DNA of 64,000 nt from Balanoglossus misakiensis. Taxonomy: Eukaryota > Animalia > Hemichordata. The notes beneath the pieces were generated by a model. The model was not told where the DNA came from and did not search any database. It worked only from the letters and a program-made list of their open reading frames with translations. The position numbers were made by a program, and so were the translations under genes. The stretch is taken from assembly GCA_040954595.2 (NCBI GenBank), contig CM082582.2, forward strand, positions 7,318,063 to 7,382,062. Direction: 5' to 3'. Positions 52,335 through 64,000 of this stretch are shown here, in pieces. Position 1 is the first letter of the stretch. Every line of letters starts with the position of its first letter.

Positions 52335-55300
52335 CATCCCCTCGCACACACCCATACACATGTGTCCGTGTGGGTCCACTGACAAAAAGAGTCAATACCC
52401 AGGAATGTAGGAAGCACTTCCAGGAAGTGGGTCAGAGGTCAAACCAGTCATCCAGGGTGCTGACAAATGGAGGTCGTATCCTCAGGGAATTGTGGGTATA
52501 GTGCGTGGGGGCTGCAGCTTCTCCGTTAGCCTGCTGGCCGGTTTGTAAGGTCGCACTGTTACAGATGTTCTTTTCGGTGACCCTTGCTCCAGTTCAACCG
52601 AGAGTAATGACTTGATTTTATGACCACATCTCCAGAGCATTACTCTGCAGACTGAACATTTGTTTTCTCATAAATGCTAAAGAAGACAGGATTAACGGTA
52701 CTCTCTCTCCTAACTTCCATAATATTACTCACAATGAATCATGATGTACAAATATCACCACAAAACTATATTTTCCAAACATTTCCAAATATCACATCAT
52801 TAAATCAGATTACCTTATAGTTGTGACAATAATTTGAGCAAATATGCCTTTCGATTCGTCTTTTCTCTGTTTAGACTGGATGTACACTTAAACCATCAGA
52901 ACATACTTGGACATGTTTGCACCATAGGAAGTCACAAATTTGTAATTTGTGTAAAACGACACCACAGATACACCCCATACTCTTCAGGAACTGCCGACTG
53001 ACGTCGTGATAGACTCGACAGAAACTTTGACAGATTCCACAGAAACTCTGACACCACAGTGAAACAAGTCAACAAATTCCTGGTATGAGTGCTTCAAGTA
53101 GCGACAGATTAATGGAAAATTCATACATCTTTCATGAGGAAATGGAAAGTTTTTTTCACTGCAGATTTGTTCTCAGTACATCTGTTGGTGCTAAATTGTA
53201 TTTAGTTGCCTGTTTATTGCAATAATAAAACTACTTTATAAAAACAGATTCTTCAGCATTACCTGCTCTGTGTTTATGTTTTTGAGAAAGAGAGGGTTGC
53301 GAACATGTGATGTCAGCTGTATTGAAATGATGATTTGTTTTCTGAAACATCAGTATTTTCCAGGCCTTTCACAGACGCAAGGAAAACAGGAAAAAGGAAA
53401 TAGTTGTCCAATATAAACTAGCCAATTTTTGTCTATCTTCCTTATTATCGCCAAGTGACAAACAACAAAGATTTTCCCTTGTGTCTGTATGTCAGAAAAA
53501 TAACTTGGGGGTGGGGGGTGGAAAAAACAACTTGATAGCAATCAGTCTGATTATTTTTGGGTGTCATAACCATAACGTTTCATTTACGTGGCCAAAACAG
53601 TTATAGACATGTTTTTATCTGTTTAGGGTCCGCACACCATTGTCATTTGGGAAACGAGTGTGAAACTGACAAAAAAATGTTTTCCTGTTTTCGTTTTAAT
53701 GACAAAAAGAATTCCCAGGTTTCTAAGAATCACTGTGATCGATGGTAAACATGTCTGTAATACGCCTTGAATTTGTGCCAGAAATAAAATTCCGCCCAAA
53801 ATGTAAAATATTTGAGAACAAACGAAACAGCACCAACTAAACGAGTAGCCCGTGTGTTGACTCTGTAATATTGGCATACATTGTTTGCCAGAAAGCTTGA
53901 GCCCAGGGAATATGTACACGCGCTTTTTACCCTGATATTTATCGACAGATGTTTCAGAAGTCTTGTGGTTGCTGTTCAACATAGAATAAACAAAATGAAG
54001 ACTTTGTCGTCCATCTTGCAAATCCAAACCCTCCGGATTCTGCCATTCTGATTTTTTTTGTCTCCAGAAGAAAATTCCTGGCAAGGCGAAGCTGGCCGTC
54101 TGACACTCTGGAATACGTTCTCGTCAAGACTTCACATCAATGTTTACGACAAGATATATTTATCTGGAATGGTTCAGTTTTATCATCAAATGCCGCTCTT
54201 TCTGGGAGGTATTTCTGATAATGTTAGTACTTCTAGGTCAAACCTCACGCAATTCCAAGATACCAGAAGAAGAAAAAATAGGGGCAGAGGGTGACGACGA
54301 AATACATGGTTGAGATATCGACGTACTAATCGCTCGTCAACTGGTAATGTCTGCCTGCTTCAATACACACACATGCGTTTTATTTTTTTACAACTTTGCC
54401 AAGCCAGGATGTATGTATCAAATGTCGGTCGAATTTACCGCAAAATTGCAGAAAACCGGCGAAAATCGGCATGGTTACCGGCGCGTGGCCCTGCAGAGCC
54501 ACTGGTCAGTCAGTAACCTGTTGAATGTCCGGTAGGCCACCGACCTAACCCACCCTCCCCCCAGGCCCACACCATTTATTATACAACGTGATCCACCAGT
54601 GCATATACAATTTGGGGATTTTGGCATTTTACAAAGAGAATTATTTTATCCCTATGCTATATGCTATAACACGAGTGCTTTTCTCAGTTTTGTCGAGGCG
54701 GGTGTGCTTATTTTTTGCCACTTTCTGAATAAATCCTCGTTTTCCCGCAACTCGAGGATTCATTCCCATGACGTCATCTATATTTCCGTCGCCTCTGAGT
54801 TTCCTGTGAACATAGCCCCGGTCGATCGTCCGTACGTACACAGACGTACGGCAAAATGACCTGGGGGTCGCTATTTGATCCCCCCTGACGTACGCTGGGG
54901 TTGCTGTCGCTAAGCAACGAATATCTCCTGAAACAAACTGGAAGTCGGTTCTCATGGTGACGCTGATGTCATTATCACGTGTCGGGCGACGGCGGTGACC
55001 ACGTTGGTTGATCTGTAACGACCGTAACCGTTTATATGTGACCTATACTTAATAGCCATCTCAATTCGATTTAATCGTTGCATATCATTCCAGCAAATTA
55101 TATCCCTATAAAATCCAGCCTTCTTTCCCTGTCTTCAACAAGCCGCGTTGCTTTCCCATAGAAATCTCAAGACATCTGATTATTTTGTTTCGGGGTCTCG
55201 CATCATATTATTAACACGGTTGAATTTCGCCTATATTTCACACCGCTGCGATCCATCTGTCCACAATTAAGCAGAAAGTTCAACTGCGGCCCATGGCGAG

Positions 55301-55558
55301 GCAGCGTTTAGGGTTGACCCCGCGATAGGGAAATACTCCGCCCCCTTCGAAACCCGACCGCTCTGCCAACCCCCAGCAGAGCCATGTTGGAACTTGTCAA
55401 AATTCAACTCGCCTCAAATACTCCACTCACGGTCTTTGTCCCCACTGAGCGGATCCAAAGTTCGACTATCACATAGCGAAATGTGGTAACAACGCTCACA
55501 GTCGTATTCCGGATTGGTTTTCTCTAAACAGACAACCAACACCGGGTCTCTGGTCGCC

Positions 55559-58500
55559 ATGGATTTAAAATGCGGATATTTAGATTTTCGAAACCCAGCC
55601 AAGGAATCTTGGTACACTGTTCGGGTAAGTTTACAACGATATCGATCTAATATTTCACCCATAAAAATGTATTTGGGTGAGATCCCATGTTAAATAATTA
55701 TTTTCATTTTTAAATACATTTTAAATTTAAGTTTATTATTTCAACACTTAGGATTGCATATATAGTAATGGCCAACTTGATCAAGAAAAAAATGGGGGAA
55801 CTATATATCTTTCATTTTGTCAGCACGGTGCCATTCAGTAACGTTTCTGGGTGTTTGTCATAATTCTTCCGTAGCTTGCTATTTTGTGCGTGACTTGGTA
55901 TCTAATGTCTGATGATAATAGAGCAGGCGTAACCTTTCCAAATGCGACGGGATGATATCATTTGTTTATCTTCCGAATGTCGTCCTATCACTCCGAGTTT
56001 AATGATTTATATACTTGGTCCGGTTCGTTTAAAGTTTAACACGGCGTCGCTTTTCACTCAGCCATGCATGTTCTTTGTCCTGTGCATCGAAAGAGCCGCT
56101 GTTGTAGAAATTTTCGCTGTTGGTTTATTTCCTCGTTTCGCTTTCCACAGTCTCAATGTCTCTGATTAGCTATCCTCTTTTAAAGACCTTATTCCTCTTC
56201 CGTTGAGCGTGTTTTGTTTGTTGCTGATTCCATGGAAATGTGTGATCCCGCACGCGTTCTGGAAACAAGATATTTGACAAATACGTGTGCAGGTCTTTGT
56301 TATCGTTTAATATATGTACAACTGAGACGCGGATGTTGCCAAGAACACAGAAAGATGAAAAAAACTCAACAGAAAAAGGTCTGATTCTCATCCCATGGGT
56401 CTCTGACAAAAATGATGCCCAGTATCGATGTTTTGATCCTCAACTCATTAGATTCAACTGATAAACACGAAAACAAGGAAAGCAAATCTTGGGGCAATCA
56501 CTAGACTGATGCGCTCGAAAATAACAAACAGTTGTTTTCCTTCACATTGGTGTAAGAGTCGTTATTATATAAAAAAAATTATAAGTGGAGGACAATTTAG
56601 ACTTTACGTCACAGCTCCCAGAAGTGCTGACCAACTGGCAAACAAAAGGAAACTCTAGAAGGACTAAACCATTTGATTTCAGGGGTGGACACAACTCTCT
56701 TCAAACATCATCAGTCATACAAAGAGATTTGTTTCAAAACCAGAAATGCCACCCACCCCCCATCACCCGCAGAAAATATTGTAAATTTATGAACTGCCTG
56801 GAATGAAAAGAAATTGTTCTGATGCTTGGAGCTACTGCATAGGACGGCATGAAAGAACAGTACAAGCGAGCTGTCTGCGGTATATTCCATGCGTTTTCCG
56901 GTCTTATCACATCCCTGAAAGTCGAAAGACCCGCCCCTTCCCCTCGTTCAGTTGGAATGTACCAAAACACTCGTAGTCAGCAGCTGTGCACTGAATTTTT
57001 TTTTCTTATTTCTCGTTTGAAAAAAAAAACATTTCTTCTTTGTAAAGGATGCGCATACCCTTCGCCTGAATATTTGTCGTGTTAAATATCCCCACTTGTC
57101 GACTTCTCTGCCACATTAAGACATTAAAGGACTCAGATGCACGAACCCTGACCCTATTTGACCCTGTTACATACATAACGGCCTGCACGTGAATGAACAC
57201 ATCGACACTTCCCGTATATGCACTGTGTCCGGAGATGGAAATGGGGAAAAAACTCTCTGCCTCTGGCTGTACAGGGAAAAGTTGCACAAAAATTATTAAG
57301 GAAGTTTGTTCCAGTATACTGCAGTGAAAGCGATGTATCCCGCCTGTCCAAAAGTCTTAGCGTGTACGTCATCACGAATCAAATGTAACAGCAGAGTAAA
57401 TGAGAGAGGGGCTATAGAGATGGCGATAGTCAGAGACATGCGGCCTAGGATTTTTTAAAATCAAATTTGTCAATATTTTCCTGGTAAAAAATAATAATTT
57501 CAACGATTCCAAAATTTCAAAGCACGCGAGGACAGTCCTTTAACGAGATATATGTAACCTTGCAAACGAAGGAAAATTTCGTCAATTAGTTCATAAGATT
57601 TACGCGTTCAGCCTTGGATAAAATTTCGCCCGCAATTTCATAACTAGTATGTTGTTTTGTTCAGTGGTTGTAAACACATTGTTATTGCAGTTGTGGGTGC
57701 GCAAGTGGGTGGAGGCGCGTGTCAACACGGCTTCTGAAGGTCGCTCCGTGCTCCTGGAGGCCTACGAGGACCAGAACGAATTCGACAAAACCGTCGTCTG
57801 CATCCTGCTGGAGAAGGTGACGGCGGTGCGGCGCGCGCCCATCAAGAACCGCTACGCGCTGGAGATATTCTCCGGCGACCGTCCCATGGTCTACTTGTCC
57901 GCCAACAGCGAGAGTCTCTGCCACGAGTGGATATCCGTCCTGAAGAGGGCCCTGCTGCCGAGTATGTCAGCTATTCGAAAACTTCCCGACGTGGGTTCAG
58001 GTGAGAGAATCAAATTCAACAAACATGATATACATTTGACGTTCACAAGACCACAGAAAAAAATTAATGAAATACTGCGTGGATTACGTGTAACGGGGTA
58101 CACGCACCGGGAAAAGGTTTCAATTTCCCCCGACCCTTCCCCTTTTCTCTTACGTTTTATGACATTTCTTGAGATCGGGTTACTATTTTGGCCAAGGGTG
58201 ATGTTTATTTTATTGGCTTCTCTGGCACATCCTTGCCTCAGTGACGGCATCAACGAGGTCGCTATATAAGGACACGCACGTCTACTCTTTCACAAACACT
58301 GGCATCTATTGCAGTATAAGCCATGGTCTTCTCGCAAGTAAACACCTCTGGTTTCGGTCGTTTCGTTTCAGTGTTTCACCACGTATGGGCCTTGCCGGTG
58401 GGCAGCGCCGCAAAGCTGCGACTCAACGGAGAGTTCTTGCTGGCGATAACGGGCGACAGCTTTCTGCTCTACAACGAGACGGGCGCTCTGTGCTTGGAGT

Positions 58501-61500
58501 GGAAGCTGAACCAGATCAGGCGATTCGCTGTCTGTAATGACAAAGATATCCCTCCGGCCGACTACGGCAAAATACTGTACATCCACACAGGAAGGTAAGA
58601 TACTCTATCTTTCATTGTCTTCTCTTCACGTTTTTTTCTTTCTCCCCCAAAACACACACTTCATGGCAAGTTTCCAGTCGGTATGAACGTCAACACAAGG
58701 GAACGCATTTTCCCCACGAATAAAACCCTGACGTTTTTTTTCGATTTTTTTTCTAATAATATACTCAGTATATGTAGTTTGGTGTCCATATCTCAGCACC
58801 ACGCGAAAAACTACAACCATCAGAGATTTTTTGTCCACATTGCGATTTGGCTTCTAAATTTAGTTAGAAAAGTGTTGTCGTAACCTTCAACTCTGGTGCT
58901 AATATTTACAAACGTACTTCGTAGATCGGTATTCACGACATTAAACCAAATGCTAAATTTAAAAGGTCGCGTGTAATAATATCACCAAACTATCTCCGCA
59001 ATTGGAACTGCAAAGGACGTGCAGTAGAGAGAAGTTCATATATACTCCAGTACTAGTGAAAAAGCTCGCTTATTTTCTTTCCTGCAACTTGAAAATAAAA
59101 AAATGATAGACTTTTAAAAAATAAGTCGCAAAAATAAGCTTTCTTAGATTAGTTTTGGCTATTGAGACTGAAAATAAAACATTCGCCCCATTCTAGCTCC
59201 GTCTTCACAGATAATATCATTTTTCGTCATACTACCCACTTTTCCTTTAAAACACACGCAACAAACATTGCCTGGATATGTTTTAGCATCCAAACTTTGC
59301 AATTTATTGAAAGAGGCGGAAAGAAGGGTGTCGACTTTATAATATCAGTTTACTGCACTGTAAGTTTCGGTCATACATCAGGAAATTGTCACCTTTGAAC
59401 CCATTTCCACTCTAATATAAAGTTGCCTAATGATATTGATCGTGTTTTTTTATTTGAAGCAGTGACTGCCAGGACGGAGAAGGGGAGTACTACTTTTATT
59501 CGATCCAAGCAAAGGACATCCTGCAACAGATGTTAGACAAGATAGGCGAGGCCATGGAGAAGATAAAAATATCGCAGCAGAGGGAAGGCCGAGACGAAAC
59601 AGCGCAGCAGGCGACAGATGGCGTGGAAGATAAGACGTCGTTGAATAAAGAGTGGGTCGTTGAAAACGATGATGTCGACGGCGAGGGTGGAAAGGGGGAA
59701 GAGGGAGACAACGCGTCGGTAAACACCTCGATATCCTGGACTTCGGAGAGTTCCGAGGGGTCAAACGCCGAGAAAACGTGTCAGGGGACTGTTTCAGCAA
59801 CCACGGTGAACGACAGCGCCGAAGTTACGCCCGGTAGAGACCTGGAAAAGGAAACCCCAGCGGGGAGTATGGAATCTACAGGTGACAGCGACTCAGTTAA
59901 AGAGAATGCGCGCACCCCTCCGGACGGATATGACCACCAACCAGGCGGCTGTACCCGAGCGACGTCATCCCCGCAATCTGTTCAGCCATTGGCCAACGAC
60001 GATACGAGAAAAGACTTTGCGCCAATGGCAGCGTCGCCATCGAATCTGTCAGGTACGTTGCTTTACCCGAGCCCGGCGGCCGCCAGGGCGAGGGGGAATT
60101 CGACCGGCTCGAGTGGCTACGGTTCCGACCCGCTAGAAATCAACGGACTTACCGATTGCTATAGACTATCCAGCAGCGGACAATCCGTGGACTCGAACAG
60201 TGTAGCGAGCGCTTCGGACTCGAGTGTGTCGTTTGCCGACAAACTTCCAAAGGTTGGCGGCTTTCAAAGTGAACCTTGTACCTTTTCTCTTTCCAGTGGA
60301 CCCCAAGGGCTGACAAAAACACGGCGCAACACCTTCTCTGGCGGCAATGATAACAATCACCACGGCAGAGATCGGGAACAAATCACCGAGGCTGATTCCT
60401 CGCGTCGAAAACGAGTGATTCCGAGGCGATTAACTTTGTCATCAATCAACGAATTATACAGATTTTGCGACGACCGCTTCAATCAAGACGAGAGGTCGTT
60501 CCTGAAAAATACAGGCGTCGTTGTGCAAAGAAAAAGCTCAATCGACAGCCTGGTAAATTCCTCATTTGATGAATTCGAGACGAATGACGCAATCAGCGAC
60601 ACCAGCGTTGATGAACACAGCGCCGACATACCCGCCCCGTTCGATTTGCTCGACATATATTCCCTCAGCGCCCGTGCGAGGTTGGTGAAAGACAGCGAGA
60701 CCGCCGGAGACCGCGGCGGCGCTGATCATTCTGCGTCGCCACCATCGTTGTCTGCGAGAACGAGCTCGCTGCGGGCGACGCCTCCTGCGCCATCAACCGA
60801 AAATAAACCCCAGAAAACGAAAGCGAAGAGGCCCACGCGACGGAGATCTTCCATTTTCACGTCCATCGCCGAACGGCTGCTGCAGTCAACGGGCGCCTCG
60901 TCGAAGAAAAAAGACAAGGAGGCCAGCAAAGCGTGGAGTCAATCGCGTTCCAAATCGTGTCCATCGTCGCCGACGTCGTCCCCAACGCTGAAGAGAAAGC
61001 CTGACAAGGAGAACGGCAAATCGTCGAAATATAAAATCAATCTGCGGTGGTCAAAGAACAAAAAACAGTACAAAAGTTGCCAATCCCTCGACCGATTTGA
61101 TTGCAGTAGTAGTAGTAGTACCACCAACTCACAAGAACAACAGCCAAGACCCAACTCCTTTCACGGGTCAAACTCGGTACTGAAGAAGCTGTCGAAACAG
61201 GACCACGAAATTCTGATGAAATACTGCCCGGATCCGCTTGCCAACAGCGGCCCTGTATTAAGCCCCGGGGACAGACAGTCACACCTGGTGCCTGTTGGCG
61301 AACCTATCATGAACACTTCCAGCCAATCAGAACCGCGAACACATGCGCGGAGGAAGCAACGAATCCAATCATTGGACGATATGGACGGTGGCCCGGTGGC
61401 ATCCACGCGGACGACGTGGAAGTCAATGGAAGGATTGGCCAAGCCACCTTCACCGTACAAAGCGAAGACGTTACCCCGACCAAAACGCAACAGCATTCGC

Positions 61501-61776
61501 GACACCGTGAAGACAGGTCAAACAAATTCGACGAACTCTCACTCAACGCACTTAAATCAGAGCACGTCGCCTAAAAAATCGACTCCGGGACCAAAGTCGA
61601 CGCATGCGGGGCACCGAACTGTGTGTTCAACGGAGAAAACCAGTGGAAATAAACTGTCGATCAAATCAAGAATAGTCGACGACGATGTTTTTGATGGCTA
61701 TATAGACATGAAAACGAACCTGATTGAGTCAGACGAAGAATTCGATAATTATTATACGAATATGAATCGAACATGA
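55559..61776 (+). CDS. Dok/IRS-type PH-PTB adaptor protein; exons 55559-55624, 57691-58000, 58372-58594, ~59460-61776
   Basis: PH domain MDLKCGYL...|LWVRKWVE...LSANSESLCHEWISVLKRA; IRS-type PTB LRLNGEFLLAI..LEWKLNQIRRF..HTG-S..CQDGEGEYYF; long Ser-rich tail ending in YIDM and YYTNM; splice phases consistent. Confidence 0.75.
57128..57539. mobile_element. Possible non-autonomous TTAA-flanked (Kolobok-like) DNA element, intronic
   Basis: TTAA|AGGACT ... AGTCCT|TTAA; the TIR is only 6 bp beyond the TTAA and no second copy is present in the window. Confidence 0.35.
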
Positions 61777-64000
61777 AACACGGAATAGGGCGCCACCTCG
61801 TGGCCTATTCCACGCCAAAGCTGTTGATTAGGAAGTTTAATATTAATATAAACTCCAAATTATTAATCGAGTCATATTACTGCGTTTAAGATTAGATATT
61901 CGTCGATGTGCATGTGTGTAAGAGGGGGGATTGGGGGTAACAATTCAAAATGAATTTTTTGAGGCAGATATTCTCTCGAAGAGCAAGGTATTGTTACTTG
62001 TTTGGCGCATACACCAACATTCCATTAATGAAATTGGTTACTTGATAATTCTCCTAGTCAGGGCATTTGTGTATTATTCTCATTTTCTGTTGTTTTTCTT
62101 CTACACCATCTTGCTATGAATGAATTGTCGCACACCTGTATTCATTCAATATTCATCGGCACCGATATTGGCGTATTGTTTACGTATTTTTACTCCTTGA
62201 CAACCCGATGTGACAAACATATTGCGGGGAAAATCGCAGAATGTTAACGTTGTATCATTTAACTGCGTCATCGGTGCAGTGTGATTATCAAATAAATATT
62301 TCTGTTTTAATAACGCTGTCTTAATTTTGATACGTGACTACAGCTGCAAAGGCCAGCGTTATGCGTCGTCACGGTCAATTATAAGAATTCTATAATTCTT
62401 TATTTAATTATTATTATGATTTGCTTTGCTGATGGCGAACAACGGATTCTTATCACGCTATGCCCACACGTCGAGTGATTATATAACATCATGTAATGTC
62501 ATCACTCTTAGATGATTTCTATATAACTGCATATTTATTGATCAAAATATATTACAATGGTAAAATTACTGATCGTAAAGTTGCAACTGCTGGTGTTGAC
62601 GGACCACAATCATGGTCGCCGCACCATGGAAACGCGTGTTTTCCGTTGGACACAACGCTGCAACGCGAGGCGTGAATACAGGGAACTCTCCTCGGATCAG
62701 ACGGATGCGATAATTGGTTTATGGAGTGTGGATAATTAGTTCCCCAAAGCCCCGTATCTCCGCAATGTGACCGTGTCAAGAGTCATCACGGACACGCGTG
62801 AGTCATTGGTACAATGTAGGGCTCGTCAAAAATGGAGAGGGGGGAGGGGTGGGTGGGAATTAAGAGGCTACGTGTACAAACCAACGGATTTTCTCGAGTG
62901 TGATTTCTCTAAATTTATAAACTATTTTTTCTCGGATCAAATAAACACGGCAACTAAACGCGTTAACCTCTCATTCCTGCCAAACATTTAATAATCGCGT
63001 GTACACAAACAAGGCTTTCCACTCTGAATAATTGTTAGCGTCACAACAGCGTGAACGTCGCTTCATGCGTTGTCAGCTACAGAAAGAATATTATGCAATC
63101 ATTGGGTGTGTCGTGGCGCAGACTACTGCAATCCGACATCCATCATACTTGTTCTTTAATTCTACTTCATCTTAACCTGGGAAATTAATCATTTATATCG
63201 ATTGCTTTTTGAAGGCGCGTCATGACCTTATTAAAACGCAGACTGCAATCCACATATAACACACCCTCGGAGATATATGGAAGTGATTTTCGTTTACAGA
63301 TGTACATCATCAGAGGTGGATGCGAATAATAGAGATTTCATTTCATGGTTTGAGCAAATACCTGGGGATGGGCCTCCAATTTTGATAATTTCCTTATCTC
63401 AATCGTCCGCTCTCTATAGGCCAATTGTGTCAAGTCAAATAGTACATTTAAAATCTCCTCTCTTAATATTTAATTTCGAAAATTACATCCGGTGTTACAA
63501 TTGAAAATGTCCATATAAGTGAAGTATCTGGAACTCTATCTATCCACTTAGTAACACGCGCGTACGCATCACCAGGGGCAATCTAAAGGCACGCGCGCGA
63601 ACAACACGCAGGGAAATCGATATTCCCAGGTACTACCGGGGAAGGAATCATTTTTAAAATATCGTCAGGTCCTCTATAAAGATAGCGTACAGTACACTAT
63701 ACATTAGCATCACTCACTTTTTCCCCGATGTTTCATTTAATAAATTCCGGATCCGTGCGCCCCCTGCCGTCAGTTTTTATGGACTCCCTAAGAATACCAA
63801 CGATCTCATCACCTGTGGGAGATCTCAGTCTCTGCAGTCTAGTGTGGGCACACGTGGCCATGCCTTGGCAAGGGGCATTCATCACACTCCGTTATGTTAG
63901 GTTGACCAATGCGAAGTTGACAGTCGACGCCAACAAGCTGATGTTTGTTTATTTTCGAAAAGTGCACCAAGGCGCCAGGTCTACGTGATATGCCCGGCGG

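Noticed and set aside
53351-54080. Possible hAT-like element (CAGTATTTTC ... GAAAATTCCTG)
   Set aside because: Weak terminal match, no target-site duplication and no second copy.
63570-63680. NF-kB-like sites and TATA box of a downstream gene
   Set aside because: GGGAAATCGATATTCCC does not fit the GGGRNNYYCC spacing and no downstream gene is visible in the window.

Overview
Eukaryotic (animal, probably marine invertebrate) genomic DNA with GT-AG spliced genes; no prokaryotic features. Bases 1-9550 are the edge of a very homogeneous 88-bp satellite array (~108 copies) whose monomer is a degenerate 44+44 inverted repeat. Directly next to it is a tandem cluster of five two-exon double-hotdog thioesterase genes resembling plant/bacterial acyl-ACP thioesterases, four ending in PTS1 or PTS1-like tripeptides (SKL/SNL). 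Then follow MEAK7/TLDC1 (-), peroxisomal ACOT8 (+, head-to-head with MEAK7), a large NO VEIN-like gene (-; putative LOTUS x3, sacsin-type GHKL ATPase, C-terminal PD-(D/E)xK-type NOV_C/DUF3883 domain), USB1 (+) and a Dok/IRS-type PH-PTB adaptor (+), plus several small MITE-like elements. The strongest leads are a putative nuclear-receptor-regulated peroxisomal thioesterase locus under duplication and diversification, and the LOTUS-GHKL-nuclease architecture of the NO VEIN-like protein. All gene models and family calls were made by eye, without database searches.
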